Below, in pieces: positions 17,137 to 27,222 of a stretch of DNA of 50,759 nt. The DNA is from a virus (taxonomy: Duplodnaviria > Caudoviricetes), in IMG/VR virus record IMGVR_UViG_3300048839_000441, positions 1 through 50,759 of that record; one strand, written 5' to 3'. A program made the position numbers and the translations under genes. Position 1 is the stretch's first letter, and each line of letters opens with the position of its first letter. The notes beneath the pieces were generated by a model. It had not been told where the DNA came from, ran no database searches, and worked only from the letters and a program-made list of their open reading frames with translations.

Positions 17137-18093
17137 TTACTGATTATTTTGTGCCTTTAACATTCTTTCAGCAATAGAATCTACTAACCATGAAATCCAA
17201 TGACGGCAGCGATAACCGCCCCGGTCAGTCAAAGGATCATAACCCGGATAGCTCAGGTAACTCGGTACTTCATCCTGATTTTTCTGTTTGACCTTGTAGC
17301 CTTCAGGATAAACTCCCTGCGACGGAGTCCATGTTCTCCACTTTTCGGCATCCTCACGCTTGAATACTTTATTATTGTGAGCAACGCAAAAATCACGGCT
17401 GTCTTTAACTAACCCGCCCTGATAGATAAAATACTTCATCCCCGTTTCGTCGGCCATTGCAGTTGAATAAGCACTGGCATACTGATGATAAACGTCGTGA
17501 GCATAACGGTTAAACTGCCGTTCAATCCCTCCTAATTTGCCTTCGTCGCCGTTAATCAAAGTGTTCAGCCCTTTGATATAGTCCTTCATTGGTATCTGAG
17601 CCGTCACCGCCTGGGCTGTCATCTGCTTGACCTCTAATAGCAGAGATTCATTCTTTATCAGAGTATCAAAGAAACCACCTGAGACAATTGATCCGCCGTC
17701 TAAGCCTAACCTCAGTCCCATCTTTTTAGAGACACTTGCCGCAACGGCCTTAAATGTATTAGGCGTTTCAAATCCCATCATCACCTGAAAATAGTTAATC
17801 GTCCGGGAGTTTATTCCTGACAATGTATCGCCAACTTCTTCAACAAATGCCACACGTTGCCCATTCTGAAAGTCGTTATAGACCTTATCCAATGATGAAA
17901 GTATTCGGAAGTTTTTAACTGTACTCCTAATTTTCCCATTGCTCACATCTAACTGAGGGATGATTTCGGCGGTGATCTTTGACAATAACATTCCCTGCAT
18001 CTTCCGCAGCCGAACATTAAGTGCCGTTTCACTTGCGGTCAGAAATTCATCTTTACGACGGACCAACTCTTCAATTCTCTTTGGCAGACGCAT
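17137..18093 (-). CDS. Minor head protein (SPP1 gp7/Mu F-like)
   Basis: C-terminal SRDFC...GGYRCRH motif; between portal and scaffold. Confidence 0.75.
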   Translation of the reverse strand: MRLPKRIEELVRRKDEFLTASETALNVRLRKMQGMLLSKITAEIIPQLDVSNGKIRSTVKNFRILSSLDKVYNDFQNGQRVAFVEEVGDTLSGINSRTINYFQVMMGFETPNTFKAVAASVSKKMGLRLGLDGGSIVSGGFFDTLIKNESLLLEVKQMTAQAVTAQIPMKDYIKGLNTLINGDEGKLGGIERQFNRYAHDVYHQYASAYSTAMADETGMKYFIYQGGLVKDSRDFCVAHNNKVFKREDAEKWRTWTPSQGVYPEGYKVKQKNQDEVPSYLSYPGYDPLTDRGGYRCRHWISWLVDSIAERMLKAQNNQ

Positions 18094-18310
18094 ATAGTTC
18101 TTTTTTCATCCTTGAATACGTCGAGATAGCACTTTCAATATTAAAGTCCTCTATACAAAGATACTTAAAATATAGGAAAATGCTCTCTTCAATCGTCACC
18201 GCAGGAACTAATCGCCGCTGGCCCTCGACCCAAAAGAACATACCGGTATCCTCAAATGAGTTGCGGTAGAACTTCTCAATTACGCTTATGTATTCTTTTT
18301 TGCGGGGCAC
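18071..18310 (-). CDS. Hypothetical protein
   Basis: 79 aa, fills the gap in the co-oriented operon. Confidence 0.55.
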   Translation of the reverse strand: MPRKKEYISVIEKFYRNSFEDTGMFFWVEGQRRLVPAVTIEESIFLYFKYLCIEDFNIESAISTYSRMKKELYASAKEN

Positions 18311-18923
18311 GGGTATATTGCATTCGTGTTTTACGGTCTGTTTTATTCAAGGTCTGAGATGTGATGTGATTCACTTGTACGGCACAGATTAAATAGTGAT
18401 CTATCCCGGCGCGTTTCAACTGTTCTGCATGAACGTTATCAGAGTACCAAAACTCATACGATGTATCTAAAGGATAGATTTTATCCCATACTGATTTATG
18501 CTGAAAGATACACCAACCACAAAAAAACGTGCCTATTGTGTAGCCTTTATAAGCCTTGTAATCATTTGGCATACCATAATGCGACCGGCTCTCGCTCCGG
18601 GCGCAGGCTGAAAGTATCCCGTTTGCCTCCATAATACCGCCAATCTCTGACCAGCCTTTCATGAAAATCACGTCATTGTTGGATAAGATTTGAACGTCGC
18701 CGGTACGATATTTTAATCCTTCATTTAAACAGGCGTTGTAATTAAATGGTTTGTTCCAGAATATTGTCTGATTTACTCCCCGGTATCGCGCACGGGTAGC
18801 GGTTTCAATTAAGATCACATTCACATCAGCCCCGTCAGCTAAACAGGAATCAATAGCCCGTTGTGTCATCTCAACTAAGCTGTGATCTTTTGAGGCTGCT
18901 ACTATGATGAGGTCGTACTTCAT
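18276..18923 (-). CDS. GT2-like glycosyltransferase
   Basis: YDLIIV, FNYNACLNEG, ILSNNDV and FWYSDN motifs. Confidence 0.8.
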   Translation of the reverse strand: MKYDLIIVAASKDHSLVEMTQRAIDSCLADGADVNVILIETATRARYRGVNQTIFWNKPFNYNACLNEGLKYRTGDVQILSNNDVIFMKGWSEIGGIMEANGILSACARSESRSHYGMPNDYKAYKGYTIGTFFCGWCIFQHKSVWDKIYPLDTSYEFWYSDNVHAEQLKRAGIDHYLICAVQVNHITSQTLNKTDRKTRMQYTRAPQKRIHKRN

Positions 18924-19318
18924 ATGTATTTATAAATCTCCTCAGTTAAGTGCTGCATCAGATAAGCATAAACTTCTGTTGTATCTTCACTGAGCGGTGC
19001 ATTTAAAACATCGGCACAAAAGAAATGGACTGCGTGTAAAAGTTCATGGTTCAGTAGTGCCATATCAGTCGCCCTCCCCTTTTGGGGAAACCGGGTTAAT
19101 CGGATAACGCTTTGGTGTCCCCTGAACATTAAATACCGTCCATCGGCCTCGCATAGCTTTTCCATCTCAATAACAAGCCTAACTGAAGGATCGTCTAAAT
19201 CTTTAATTCCATATTGTTTTAAGGAATTAGTGAATTCCGCATCCGATTCATGAAATGAGATCATTAAGTCAAAAGGATAATGACCTATCTGTATTATTTT
19301 ATTTAAACTCTTTCTCAT
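18920..19318 (-). CDS. HExxH zincin-like protein
   Basis: LNHELLHAV...EVYAY. Confidence 0.6.
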   Translation of the reverse strand: MRKSLNKIIQIGHYPFDLMISFHESDAEFTNSLKQYGIKDLDDPSVRLVIEMEKLCEADGRYLMFRGHQSVIRLTRFPQKGRATDMALLNHELLHAVHFFCADVLNAPLSEDTTEVYAYLMQHLTEEIYKYI

Positions 19319-19935
19319 CAGAATACATAAACATCACCAGGTGTTGACTGATTCAATCCGATATGCCTCATTGCATAATCTTTCAGATAACAAGGAGGGC
19401 AGCCATTAAGACGGTAAAAGCCACCGATTGAATAATCGCCTTGTTTCAGGTGAACAAAGTCCTCACACAGCATTGTAACATACTTCGTCGGAGCCAACTG
19501 AAAAGCTCCGCCGGTGTGGGATACATATTCAACATTCAATCCTCCTATCTTTCGCCGTGAAAGAATCCGGGGATAGAAGTTAGGATCAATCAGCAGGTCA
19601 GGTGGTGAGACAGCATGAGGACCGTTCTTTTCAATGAACTCGACGATCTTCGCAATGATATCCTCTGTGACGGTTTCAACGTCGTTGTCAAGTTTGAGAA
19701 TATAATCATAGTCCTGCAACTGCTGAACGCCGTAATAAAAGGCTGCTGCTATGCCTTCATTCTTACCTAACTCAATCCGGTTCCTGTCTTTCAGCCACTC
19801 CAATGTTCCGTCCGTAGAACCATTGTCAATGAACAAATGAAAGTCAACTCCGGTCTTACTCTCAAAACTCTCTATTGTCCGCTTCGTAAGTTCGAGTCGG
19901 TTGTAGGTGATTGTTACTGCTGCTACTGTTGGCAT
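19318..19935 (-). CDS. GT2 glycosyltransferase
   Basis: TITYNR, IDNGSTDGT, KLDND. Confidence 0.85.
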   Translation of the reverse strand: MPTVAAVTITYNRLELTKRTIESFESKTGVDFHLFIDNGSTDGTLEWLKDRNRIELGKNEGIAAAFYYGVQQLQDYDYILKLDNDVETVTEDIIAKIVEFIEKNGPHAVSPPDLLIDPNFYPRILSRRKIGGLNVEYVSHTGGAFQLAPTKYVTMLCEDFVHLKQGDYSIGGFYRLNGCPPCYLKDYAMRHIGLNQSTPGDVYVF

Positions 19936-20393
19936 TTGCTTAATATTAATTTTTTTATTGATTCAAATGTATCAGGATATTCTCTTTGCAACAAAATATC
20001 TCGATCTTCTTGTGTTAATGAAGATAGATATGTAATTTCAGAGGGACGTAATTTTATCTTTTTTGCTCTACTTTTATATTTGTAAGAACCAAAATACTCA
20101 GCCAATACGTCGTTCATCTGTATAACTTCAATAACAGAAAAACACCTATTTGCATTTAATAGGTAATTATAAATATCTCTTTCCTTAGCAATACTTAATC
20201 TTTTAGTGCCCTTCCGTGCATTACATCGCCAACACAAGGTTAAAAGATTATCCACAATATGTAATTGATATTTAGGTTTAGGTAGAACATGATCTAAGTT
20301 TAGATTATCGGAAGACCCACATTCATAACATTTATTATTATCGCGGGCAAAGATCATATTTCTAACATCCTGTATTGTCATTTTATTACTCAT
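19923..20393 (-). CDS. HNH endonuclease
   Basis: RDNNKCYECG...LDHVLPK...NLLTLCWRCNARKG; AT-rich insert. Confidence 0.85.
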   Translation of the reverse strand: MSNKMTIQDVRNMIFARDNNKCYECGSSDNLNLDHVLPKPKYQLHIVDNLLTLCWRCNARKGTKRLSIAKERDIYNYLLNANRCFSVIEVIQMNDVLAEYFGSYKYKSRAKKIKLRPSEITYLSSLTQEDRDILLQREYPDTFESIKKLILSKCQQ

Positions 20394-20992
20394 AAATCAT
20401 AATTCCCCGGTATGTGCATCACGAAATACTCCGGCGTTGCAATCTTACCATACTTCCGTGACTTCATCATCAGTGATTGATTGAAGTGATGATCATGAGC
20501 ATACCCCCGGTGTGCCCATCTTGCGCCCAGTTCTCTTTTATGACAGATGTTTGATGTCCCGTTCATCCCTAACTTCCGTATATCACAAGTGCGCTCAACC
20601 CATTCACCGCCGGAGAAGATCAAATCATTAAAGAACACCCAGTCATACTCACCCAATCCTTCAGCTATTTTCCTTAAATGACCGTCGCCCCAGTAATCGT
20701 CAATGTCAAGGTAAGCAATAAACTCGCCTTTTGCAAGTTCAATCCCTTTGTTTCGTGGCGCGCCGTCCCACAATGGAGCCTTCTGAATCTTCACGGCCTC
20801 AACTCTCTGATCAGTGAATTGCTTCATTATCTCCATTGTCAGATCGCACCCATCAGCAATGACCTTCAGTTCAAAGTCAGTGTAAGTCTGATCCAATACA
20901 GACCGAACAGCACGGACAAGTTTTTCATCACGGCGGGAGGCCGCACCCGGATATTGGCCTAAGAACGAGGGAATAACACAGGTAAATTTCAT
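20390..20992 (-). CDS. GT2 glycosyltransferase
   Basis: SVLDQTYTDFEL..IADG, RNKGIELAKGEFIAYLDIDD. Confidence 0.9.
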   Translation of the reverse strand: MKFTCVIPSFLGQYPGAASRRDEKLVRAVRSVLDQTYTDFELKVIADGCDLTMEIMKQFTDQRVEAVKIQKAPLWDGAPRNKGIELAKGEFIAYLDIDDYWGDGHLRKIAEGLGEYDWVFFNDLIFSGGEWVERTCDIRKLGMNGTSNICHKRELGARWAHRGYAHDHHFNQSLMMKSRKYGKIATPEYFVMHIPGNYDL

Positions 20993-22770
20993 TCTTCAGG
21001 CTCATTAAATTGAACAACCGGCTCTTTTGGTTTGGCTCCATCCATCTTTGCAATGTACTCTTCTGTCTTGGCTTTTACCCTTTCTGAGATGTATTCTTTT
21101 GCCATGTCATAAATCCATTGCTTTTCTTCGATCTCCAGTTCATTGAAGATCGATTCAAGATTTGCCCACAGGACAGCGTTATACTTAGTCGTCAGGTTCT
21201 GAGCAATCGCAAGCCTAACGTTTTCTTCTGAATAGCCCCGGAACGGATTGTAATCATTTTTTATCCTTATGACCTTCAGCTCTTCGGGCCGGTCAGCGTA
21301 CAGGAGTTCGTTAATATCATCCTCTATTTTCGCAATGGTCGATGTTGAGGCTCCGGCATCTTTTGCCTGTTTCAATTCAAGCATCAACTCGGTCTGTGAT
21401 TTAAATTTAAAATCCTCCGGATACTGGTGTTGAAGAATTATCCCGTCCCCCATGTCAACAAACGTTGCGATATCTTCAACCACAAACTCCCATGTAGTCG
21501 AAAGCGACTGAGCAAACGGTCGCAGGGTGTCGTTAATATTGTCCTCTGTTATCCGCACTTCTGTTGCTGTCGAACTCAGTTCGTTCCGGGTCATCAGCTC
21601 TTTGTTGAACATCATCAGGAACACCGAAGCCCGGAGATTCTGAACATACTGCTCCTGGAACTCAAGTAACTCAATCGGAGGTGATTTATAAACAAGCAGC
21701 TTTTCGAGGTCAATCATCTCAACAGGATCGCGCGGCAAGTCCAAAGTGACAACGTCCATTGTCGATGAATGAATCGGTTCTTTACCCGTTCCGCCGCAGG
21801 TTCCGCAAGCCTTTCCGTCTAACAACGTTCTTGCCCCGTGACACTCAGGACAGGGATTGACATAGCGAAACCTCTGAGGAAAAGCCGTCATAGCCGTCGA
21901 AAGATCAAGTTCGCTGTCTATCTTCAGTGTCTTACTCAGGTAAGGAATCACATCATGAAAAGCGGATATAAACGTCCGACCCTGAGTCTCGCCGTCAGGC
22001 TTATAGCCAAATCGCCGTGCCGGGATCTTCTTTCCTTTCGGTTTAAAAAATTCGACAAGATAGTATTTACCTGCTATCTCAACCCCACCCGGAAGGTCTG
22101 AGGTAATATCTATAGTTGGTTTATCTTCGACCTCAGTAAACTGGATTGTATCCTCACCCAGATAAATAGTGTACTTAAACCCTTCTTTCGGTTTGCCCTC
22201 TTTGTCAATCCATGAGATCGGAAGCCGCACAACCAGGTATTGAAGAATGTTATTCTTAAACTCGAACATTATCGCTTGCTCCGATGTAGCGATAAACGGA
22301 TAAGGTTTTGCTTTCTCGACTTTCGGATCAAATGTGTCAAACTCGGTAATCAAAAAAGCGTTCGGGTCGATATAATTGTAATCCACATAAGCATATTCCA
22401 GGAACTTTTCAAGCGATCCGTCACCCCAGTAAGTGCTTATGCGATCTTCGACTAACTTCAGATTCTCTTCAGGCTTTTCAGCGTCCCAGTCAATCACTCT
22501 GACCTTCGGCTTCTTTCTTACCGCCTTCTGAAACGGCAGTTTTGTTGAGGCGAGCGTCGGGGGGATAATTGAGTTTGTCAGTCGTTTCCGCTGTTCAAAC
22601 TCTTCTTCTGATTCGCGGGTAACAATTCTTTCCAATAGGTCGCTTATGCCGTCACCTGTGACCATTTTATAATACATATCCGCTAACTCACAGACACGCT
22701 TGTAATCTTTGTGTCTGACACCCCCGGCAATAATTCGCCGCAGTTCCTGAAATCCTTCGAGTTTATTCAT
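20989..22770 (-). CDS. Portal protein with a CxxCxG zinc-finger insertion
   Basis: 593 aa immediately after TerL; CPECHG...CGTCGGTG. Confidence 0.8.
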   Translation of the reverse strand: MNKLEGFQELRRIIAGGVRHKDYKRVCELADMYYKMVTGDGISDLLERIVTRESEEEFEQRKRLTNSIIPPTLASTKLPFQKAVRKKPKVRVIDWDAEKPEENLKLVEDRISTYWGDGSLEKFLEYAYVDYNYIDPNAFLITEFDTFDPKVEKAKPYPFIATSEQAIMFEFKNNILQYLVVRLPISWIDKEGKPKEGFKYTIYLGEDTIQFTEVEDKPTIDITSDLPGGVEIAGKYYLVEFFKPKGKKIPARRFGYKPDGETQGRTFISAFHDVIPYLSKTLKIDSELDLSTAMTAFPQRFRYVNPCPECHGARTLLDGKACGTCGGTGKEPIHSSTMDVVTLDLPRDPVEMIDLEKLLVYKSPPIELLEFQEQYVQNLRASVFLMMFNKELMTRNELSSTATEVRITEDNINDTLRPFAQSLSTTWEFVVEDIATFVDMGDGIILQHQYPEDFKFKSQTELMLELKQAKDAGASTSTIAKIEDDINELLYADRPEELKVIRIKNDYNPFRGYSEENVRLAIAQNLTTKYNAVLWANLESIFNELEIEEKQWIYDMAKEYISERVKAKTEEYIAKMDGAKPKEPVVQFNEPEE

Positions 22771-24230
22771 TTGTAATAATTATTATATACCTCAACTATC
22801 AGATAATCTAGTGTATCGGAGCAATGCCCGTATTTCTGATATTTATCACCCGTTTCTTTATCAGTTACAATGTGTTTGTCTTTCGCCCCGTTAATGTCCT
22901 GTTTGACATACATCATATCCGCAATCATCAATTTACAACTCTCATCAATGACTATCTTTATCGGTAACTTCTCTTCAAAGATACGATTTATAAAGTCACG
23001 ACGTTTTGTTACTGACGGATTTTGCCGGGCCATCCGTGCCGAAGTCTTATTTAAAAATCTCCTTAGTTTAAACTCAATGATCTCATAGTGATGTTTAAAC
23101 TCTTTATTCATCGTTGAACGTGCCTTGCCCGAAGCATCGCCATAATAGTAAATTGTTGACTGATGATGCGCATATCGCATTAAAATCTCATCACAAACCT
23201 CTTCTGTTGAGTTCCTGGGGTTCTGAAGGGCGATCTCATCGATGCAATACGAATACCAAATCTCCCCTTTTCGTTCAAACTGCCAAATAGAACACGAGTT
23301 ATAAGGTACTGAGTTCTGATCAAAAGAAATATGCAAAGGTTTTGTTTTGTCGTATTCACATTTTGAGACGTGTTTCAGACGGTCAAAGGATGAATAGAAC
23401 TCGCCCCCGACAAGCGTAAAAGGATTTGCATATATCAATGCCCGGCCCCGTTCCTCGGTATTGTTTGCAAGTATGTTATTGATATAATTCTCCCCGACGT
23501 TATGAACATTATGCCAAGTCGAAGATATGCAAACAAACTTATCATCTATCCGCTTAAAAAAGAACTTATCCTTACTGTAAATTGTGCTGGTAATTTCGTC
23601 AATATGATCTTCAAGTTTGAACCAAGTATTAATCCAGTCCACTTTAGCCGGTGAGGTTGCAATGAATAAAGGATTGTATTGTTGCTCCGGCGTTCCTTTG
23701 TCTGACAACTCCCCATCAATAAGAAACATCCCCTTTTGCCTGATACGTGCAATAACTATCTCCTTAACATCTGATTCATCCGTATCCTTTGTTTCATCCA
23801 ATACAGCCCAACCAAATTCTTTTCCTTCGTGTGATGCTGCCCGTTCAAGTGAACCGATAAAAATAACACATCCATTGATAAAAGAGATGATCCCATAATA
23901 GTCATCAAAGTTATGACCTTCGACATTAAAGTGTGACGGCGGTTTCTTCCCTACAACATAGTGACCTTCAGGATGCGATTCTTTATCATATTCGACGATT
24001 CCGATTGACTTCCAGTATTCACGAATGCAAAATAAAGTTGACTGAACGAGCTGTAAATATGTGTTCGCCCCCACAAAGCCCCTGACCTTTGGAAACTTTC
24101 TGATAAGCTGATAGGTCTTTATTCCAAGTAAATGAGTTTTTCCCGATCCAACGCCTGAGAGAAATAAATTAATCGGAGCCGTTGACTGCAATATGCTTTT
24201 TTGTGGGGCTGATACAACTTGCTCTATCAT
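22767..24230 (-). CDS. terL: Terminase large subunit
   Basis: Walker A GVGSGKT, Walker B AVLDE, nuclease acidic motifs (ISFDQN, GDASG, HCSDTLDY). Confidence 0.93.
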   Translation of the reverse strand: MIEQVVSAPQKSILQSTAPINLFLSGVGSGKTHLLGIKTYQLIRKFPKVRGFVGANTYLQLVQSTLFCIREYWKSIGIVEYDKESHPEGHYVVGKKPPSHFNVEGHNFDDYYGIISFINGCVIFIGSLERAASHEGKEFGWAVLDETKDTDESDVKEIVIARIRQKGMFLIDGELSDKGTPEQQYNPLFIATSPAKVDWINTWFKLEDHIDEITSTIYSKDKFFFKRIDDKFVCISSTWHNVHNVGENYINNILANNTEERGRALIYANPFTLVGGEFYSSFDRLKHVSKCEYDKTKPLHISFDQNSVPYNSCSIWQFERKGEIWYSYCIDEIALQNPRNSTEEVCDEILMRYAHHQSTIYYYGDASGKARSTMNKEFKHHYEIIEFKLRRFLNKTSARMARQNPSVTKRRDFINRIFEEKLPIKIVIDESCKLMIADMMYVKQDINGAKDKHIVTDKETGDKYQKYGHCSDTLDYLIVEVYNNYYK

Positions 24231-24775
24231 TTGATGATTATATCAGGCAATTGAGCAACATTGACCTTTAATTCTGTTTTGACCGGAGCATCAAAACCCA
24301 GCATCTTTGAAATGCTGTCGAGAGCTTTCTGTTTGTCGAACAGTTTTATCCTGATGTATTCAACCTGAATCGGTTCTTTCTCTTTTGAATCAGGATTATA
24401 TTGATATTCGTACCTGATCTTTGTATCAATTTCAGCAATGGATGACTTTTGGTCGTCAGTAAGTTCGTCAAACTCTTTTCTTTGAATCCATGTATTATGA
24501 AGATCACTTATAGAAGAAAAGGCGAGTTTCTTGTGTTCATTCAAAACCCTCAATCTGCTAACACCCGCTGTTTCAGCAAGATTGTCCTGCAATTCCTTAA
24601 TTCGAGCCTGAATGTTCACTTTTGTTAACAGAGTTGAAGCAATAGAACGGGCTGTATTTTCTGAATATCCTGATCTTATCGCGGCCTGAGTTCCATTAAA
24701 GTCAATGCAATATTCATAACAGAATCTTTCCTGTTTATCGTTTAATTGCAGTATATCTTCTGTTTCTTCGCTCAT
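24227..24775 (-). CDS. terS: Terminase small subunit
   Basis: LNDKQERFCYEY..DFNGTQAAIRSGYS; KLFDKQKALD. Confidence 0.93.
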   Translation of the reverse strand: MSEETEDILQLNDKQERFCYEYCIDFNGTQAAIRSGYSENTARSIASTLLTKVNIQARIKELQDNLAETAGVSRLRVLNEHKKLAFSSISDLHNTWIQRKEFDELTDDQKSSIAEIDTKIRYEYQYNPDSKEKEPIQVEYIRIKLFDKQKALDSISKMLGFDAPVKTELKVNVAQLPDIIIK

Positions 24776-24900
24776 TTCTTCCTCTTAAAGTATTAAATCT
24801 GCCCCAGTCGTTTCTCTGCGGCTTTTCTACTCATTGGCCCTGACAGCCTTTTGCCTTTCTTTGAATAGACGATACATTTATCTTTTTTACAACGTATCAT
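24772..24900 (-). pseudogene. Small basic ORF with an in-frame TAA near its end
   Basis: MIRCKKDKCIVYSKKGKRLSGPMSRKAAEKRLGQI*YFKRKK*; the second stop is ATGA-coupled to terS; promoter TACCTTTG at 24905-24912. Confidence 0.55.
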
Positions 24901-24916
24901 AACGCAAAGGTACAAA

Positions 24917-25135
24917 TTATATCAATTGACTGTCAAAATCATAATTAACCGTTCCAATGTTATAAACCGGAGTACACCGGCTGACAAGTTTAATCAAATC
25001 CGCTTCGGCTTCAGGTATCTTGAACTCTCTGCATTTCTTACTAATGTAATCCAATGAGAGTGCACTGCCGTCGCGGTGCATTTCTTCAATGTCAAGTAGA
25101 ATATTCGCTGCAAAAATTAAATCTTTTATTATCAT
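24917..25135 (-). CDS. Hypothetical protein
   Basis: 72 aa, ATGA-coupled. Confidence 0.55.
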   Translation of the reverse strand: MIIKDLIFAANILLDIEEMHRDGSALSLDYISKKCREFKIPEAEADLIKLVSRCTPVYNIGTVNYDFDSQLI

Positions 25136-25656
25136 CTGTAAATTCTTTTCATGCCGTCAATCTCGATCATGCTGATATCAATATAATTACTCCCTAAAAT
25201 AGTACACGGGCCGCCTTCATTATCTTGGAATTCGGCGAAGTATTTAAAATAAACGTGCCAATCGGTTATGTTTGCAAATTTCGCAGCAGCAGGTCCGACA
25301 ATAGCCCAGTTTGCCATAGCTTCCGTGTCGTGTATTACCATAAAATCAGTCTTATCACGATATCTATCAATAACCTCTAACCTTGCTTCCCATGTACCGT
25401 TATCAACAAATACAACACCCCATGATTCAGGAACTATCCAATTAGGAGAGTTGTACAATAAATGGTTATCACTTTCAAGGTGCATGAATTTCAACAGCCA
25501 GTCAGCATTATTCTCAACTGTTACCAATACTCTGCCCTTGCAAAGCTCGTGAAGCTGCGGCGTAGAGAAGTCCCCTGCACCAAACTCAATAACATTTTTA
25601 TCAGTTAGCTCAACTGCTTTAAACAATACTTTTTGATGCGTTCCGTAATTGTCCAT
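25132..25656 (-). CDS. Class I SAM methyltransferase-like protein
   Basis: VIEFGAGDFST, VTVEN...W, VFVDNG, VIHDT; within the glycosyltransferase cluster. Confidence 0.65.
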   Translation of the reverse strand: MDNYGTHQKVLFKAVELTDKNVIEFGAGDFSTPQLHELCKGRVLVTVENNADWLLKFMHLESDNHLLYNSPNWIVPESWGVVFVDNGTWEARLEVIDRYRDKTDFMVIHDTEAMANWAIVGPAAAKFANITDWHVYFKYFAEFQDNEGGPCTILGSNYIDISMIEIDGMKRIYR

Positions 25657-26449
25657 CTCTGATTAAATTACTTATCAAATTATCCTGTAAATTTTCAAGC
25701 CCTCCGTTTGTGTCTCTGATAAACCTTCCCCACATTGGATGACCGCCGTACCAATGACACCCGATTGATTTTTCTGTAAATCGTCCTTTTTTAAGTTTAA
25801 TCAAATCCCCCTGGTTAAGCGCATCGTGAGCATACACTACATCCACTGACAAATTAACGCCGCCAGGGATCTTATTTCTGAAATACTTATTAAACAAATC
25901 CGGACCTAAGCATTGATACGATCCGGGGCTGAAACATTCCGGGATTCTGTTTGCAAGCGTTTTAAACATCCTGCTATCCGGCTGTGCCATTACGAATCCA
26001 GTCGAATGACCATAATGTGCTATACATCCAAATGCTTCCTTATCTTCATACTGAGGTTTATTGACATATAATTCATTCATTGGTTTGAAGTAAATTATAT
26101 CCATGTCAGACCATAACCCGCCGTAATGATTCAATAGGGTGATTCTCATATAATCAGCCTTGTGAACTTCTGCGCTGTTTCGAGTGAAACCATACTCACT
26201 AAAGTCAATTACCGTATGGATAACCGGTAATTTCAAAAGGTAAGGCATATAGTCGCGGCAAACAACCTTGTAACTATTTTCACCGGAACACCATGATACA
26301 TTATTTGATTCTACCATCGGGGTCCATAGATACACATCCCAATCAGGATTCAAGTCAATAAACGTTTTAACCGTAAGATACCTCATGTACGGGAGCGTAC
26401 CGCCACCCCAGTATATGTGAAGCATTTTCGGGACCCTTAAATTCCACAT
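25619..26449 (-). CDS. GT32-like (DxD) glycosyltransferase
   Basis: VPKMLHIYWGG, KADYMRITLLNHYGGLWSDMD, LGPDL. Confidence 0.85.
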   Translation of the reverse strand: MWNLRVPKMLHIYWGGGTLPYMRYLTVKTFIDLNPDWDVYLWTPMVESNNVSWCSGENSYKVVCRDYMPYLLKLPVIHTVIDFSEYGFTRNSAEVHKADYMRITLLNHYGGLWSDMDIIYFKPMNELYVNKPQYEDKEAFGCIAHYGHSTGFVMAQPDSRMFKTLANRIPECFSPGSYQCLGPDLFNKYFRNKIPGGVNLSVDVVYAHDALNQGDLIKLKKGRFTEKSIGCHWYGGHPMWGRFIRDTNGGLENLQDNLISNLIRDGQLRNASKSIV

Positions 26450-27222
26450 AAGTCAGGCGTTATTAAGTGTTTGGCACGATATTCTTTCAAAGGGATAATA
26501 TCATATAATACCCTTTCGTTTGCTTTCCACAAGTCATAATATTGGCTCATTTTTTGAGTATTAGGATGCCACTGGTGAACGACAAAAGGAAATTCAGTTA
26601 TATTAATCTTCAATCCTAAATTACGCACTTGTCTTACAAGGTAATCATCGTCAAAACTTAAACCGAAAGCAAACCGTTCATCAAAGCCGTTTAACCGGAT
26701 AAGGTTCTCAGTTCTCAAAGCACAGCAATAATGAAAAGCCACGGGGTCATAAACAGGATGATTAGCCCACCCGTTACGATTACCCCAGTCGCCGTTCTCA
26801 TCCGTTGTTGTTACGTGATTATCGTTTGCTATGACTTTATTTATGTCATAATCACTCTCTGAGGTTTCGCGATCAACCATGTAACACCCAAAAGAAAGGT
26901 ATTCATCTTCTTTTACATCTCTGGCCCTTAACAGTACATCGCCTACATGATAACACTCAGGATTATGGATTACAACTACATCAGGATTGAATTTTAAGGC
27001 TTCATTGAATCCCTGGTTAAATACTGGTACGGAATTAATAGCCTTTACTTTGTTTTTGATTACCTTAACTTCAAACGGAAGCTCCGGTAAAACAATATCT
27101 TCCGGCGAACAATCATCAACAATAACAACATTAAAATCCCTGTATTTACTTTCACTCATTGAGATTAGTGTCCTCGTGAGTTGTGCCTGCCGGTTATAGT
27201 ATGCCATTACCACGCTTATCAT
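26437..27222 (-). CDS. GT2 glycosyltransferase
   Basis: ISVVMAYYNR, IVDDCS, NGFDERF...DDD, VHQWH. Confidence 0.88.
   Translation of the reverse strand: MISVVMAYYNRQAQLTRTLISMSESKYRDFNVVIVDDCSPEDIVLPELPFEVKVIKNKVKAINSVPVFNQGFNEALKFNPDVVVIHNPECYHVGDVLLRARDVKEDEYLSFGCYMVDRETSESDYDINKVIANDNHVTTTDENGDWGNRNGWANHPVYDPVAFHYCCALRTENLIRLNGFDERFAFGLSFDDDYLVRQVRNLGLKINITEFPFVVHQWHPNTQKMSQYYDLWKANERVLYDIIPLKEYRAKHLITPDLCGI

Noticed and set aside
21780-21860. Portal zinc finger as an intein or mobile insertion
   Set aside because: It is a short DnaJ-like CxxCxG pair with no splicing motifs; treated as a domain insertion.
24793-24795. Genome-wide stop-codon reassignment
   Set aside because: Long genes are intact in code 11 and TAA, TGA and TAG all end genes; this is an isolated case.
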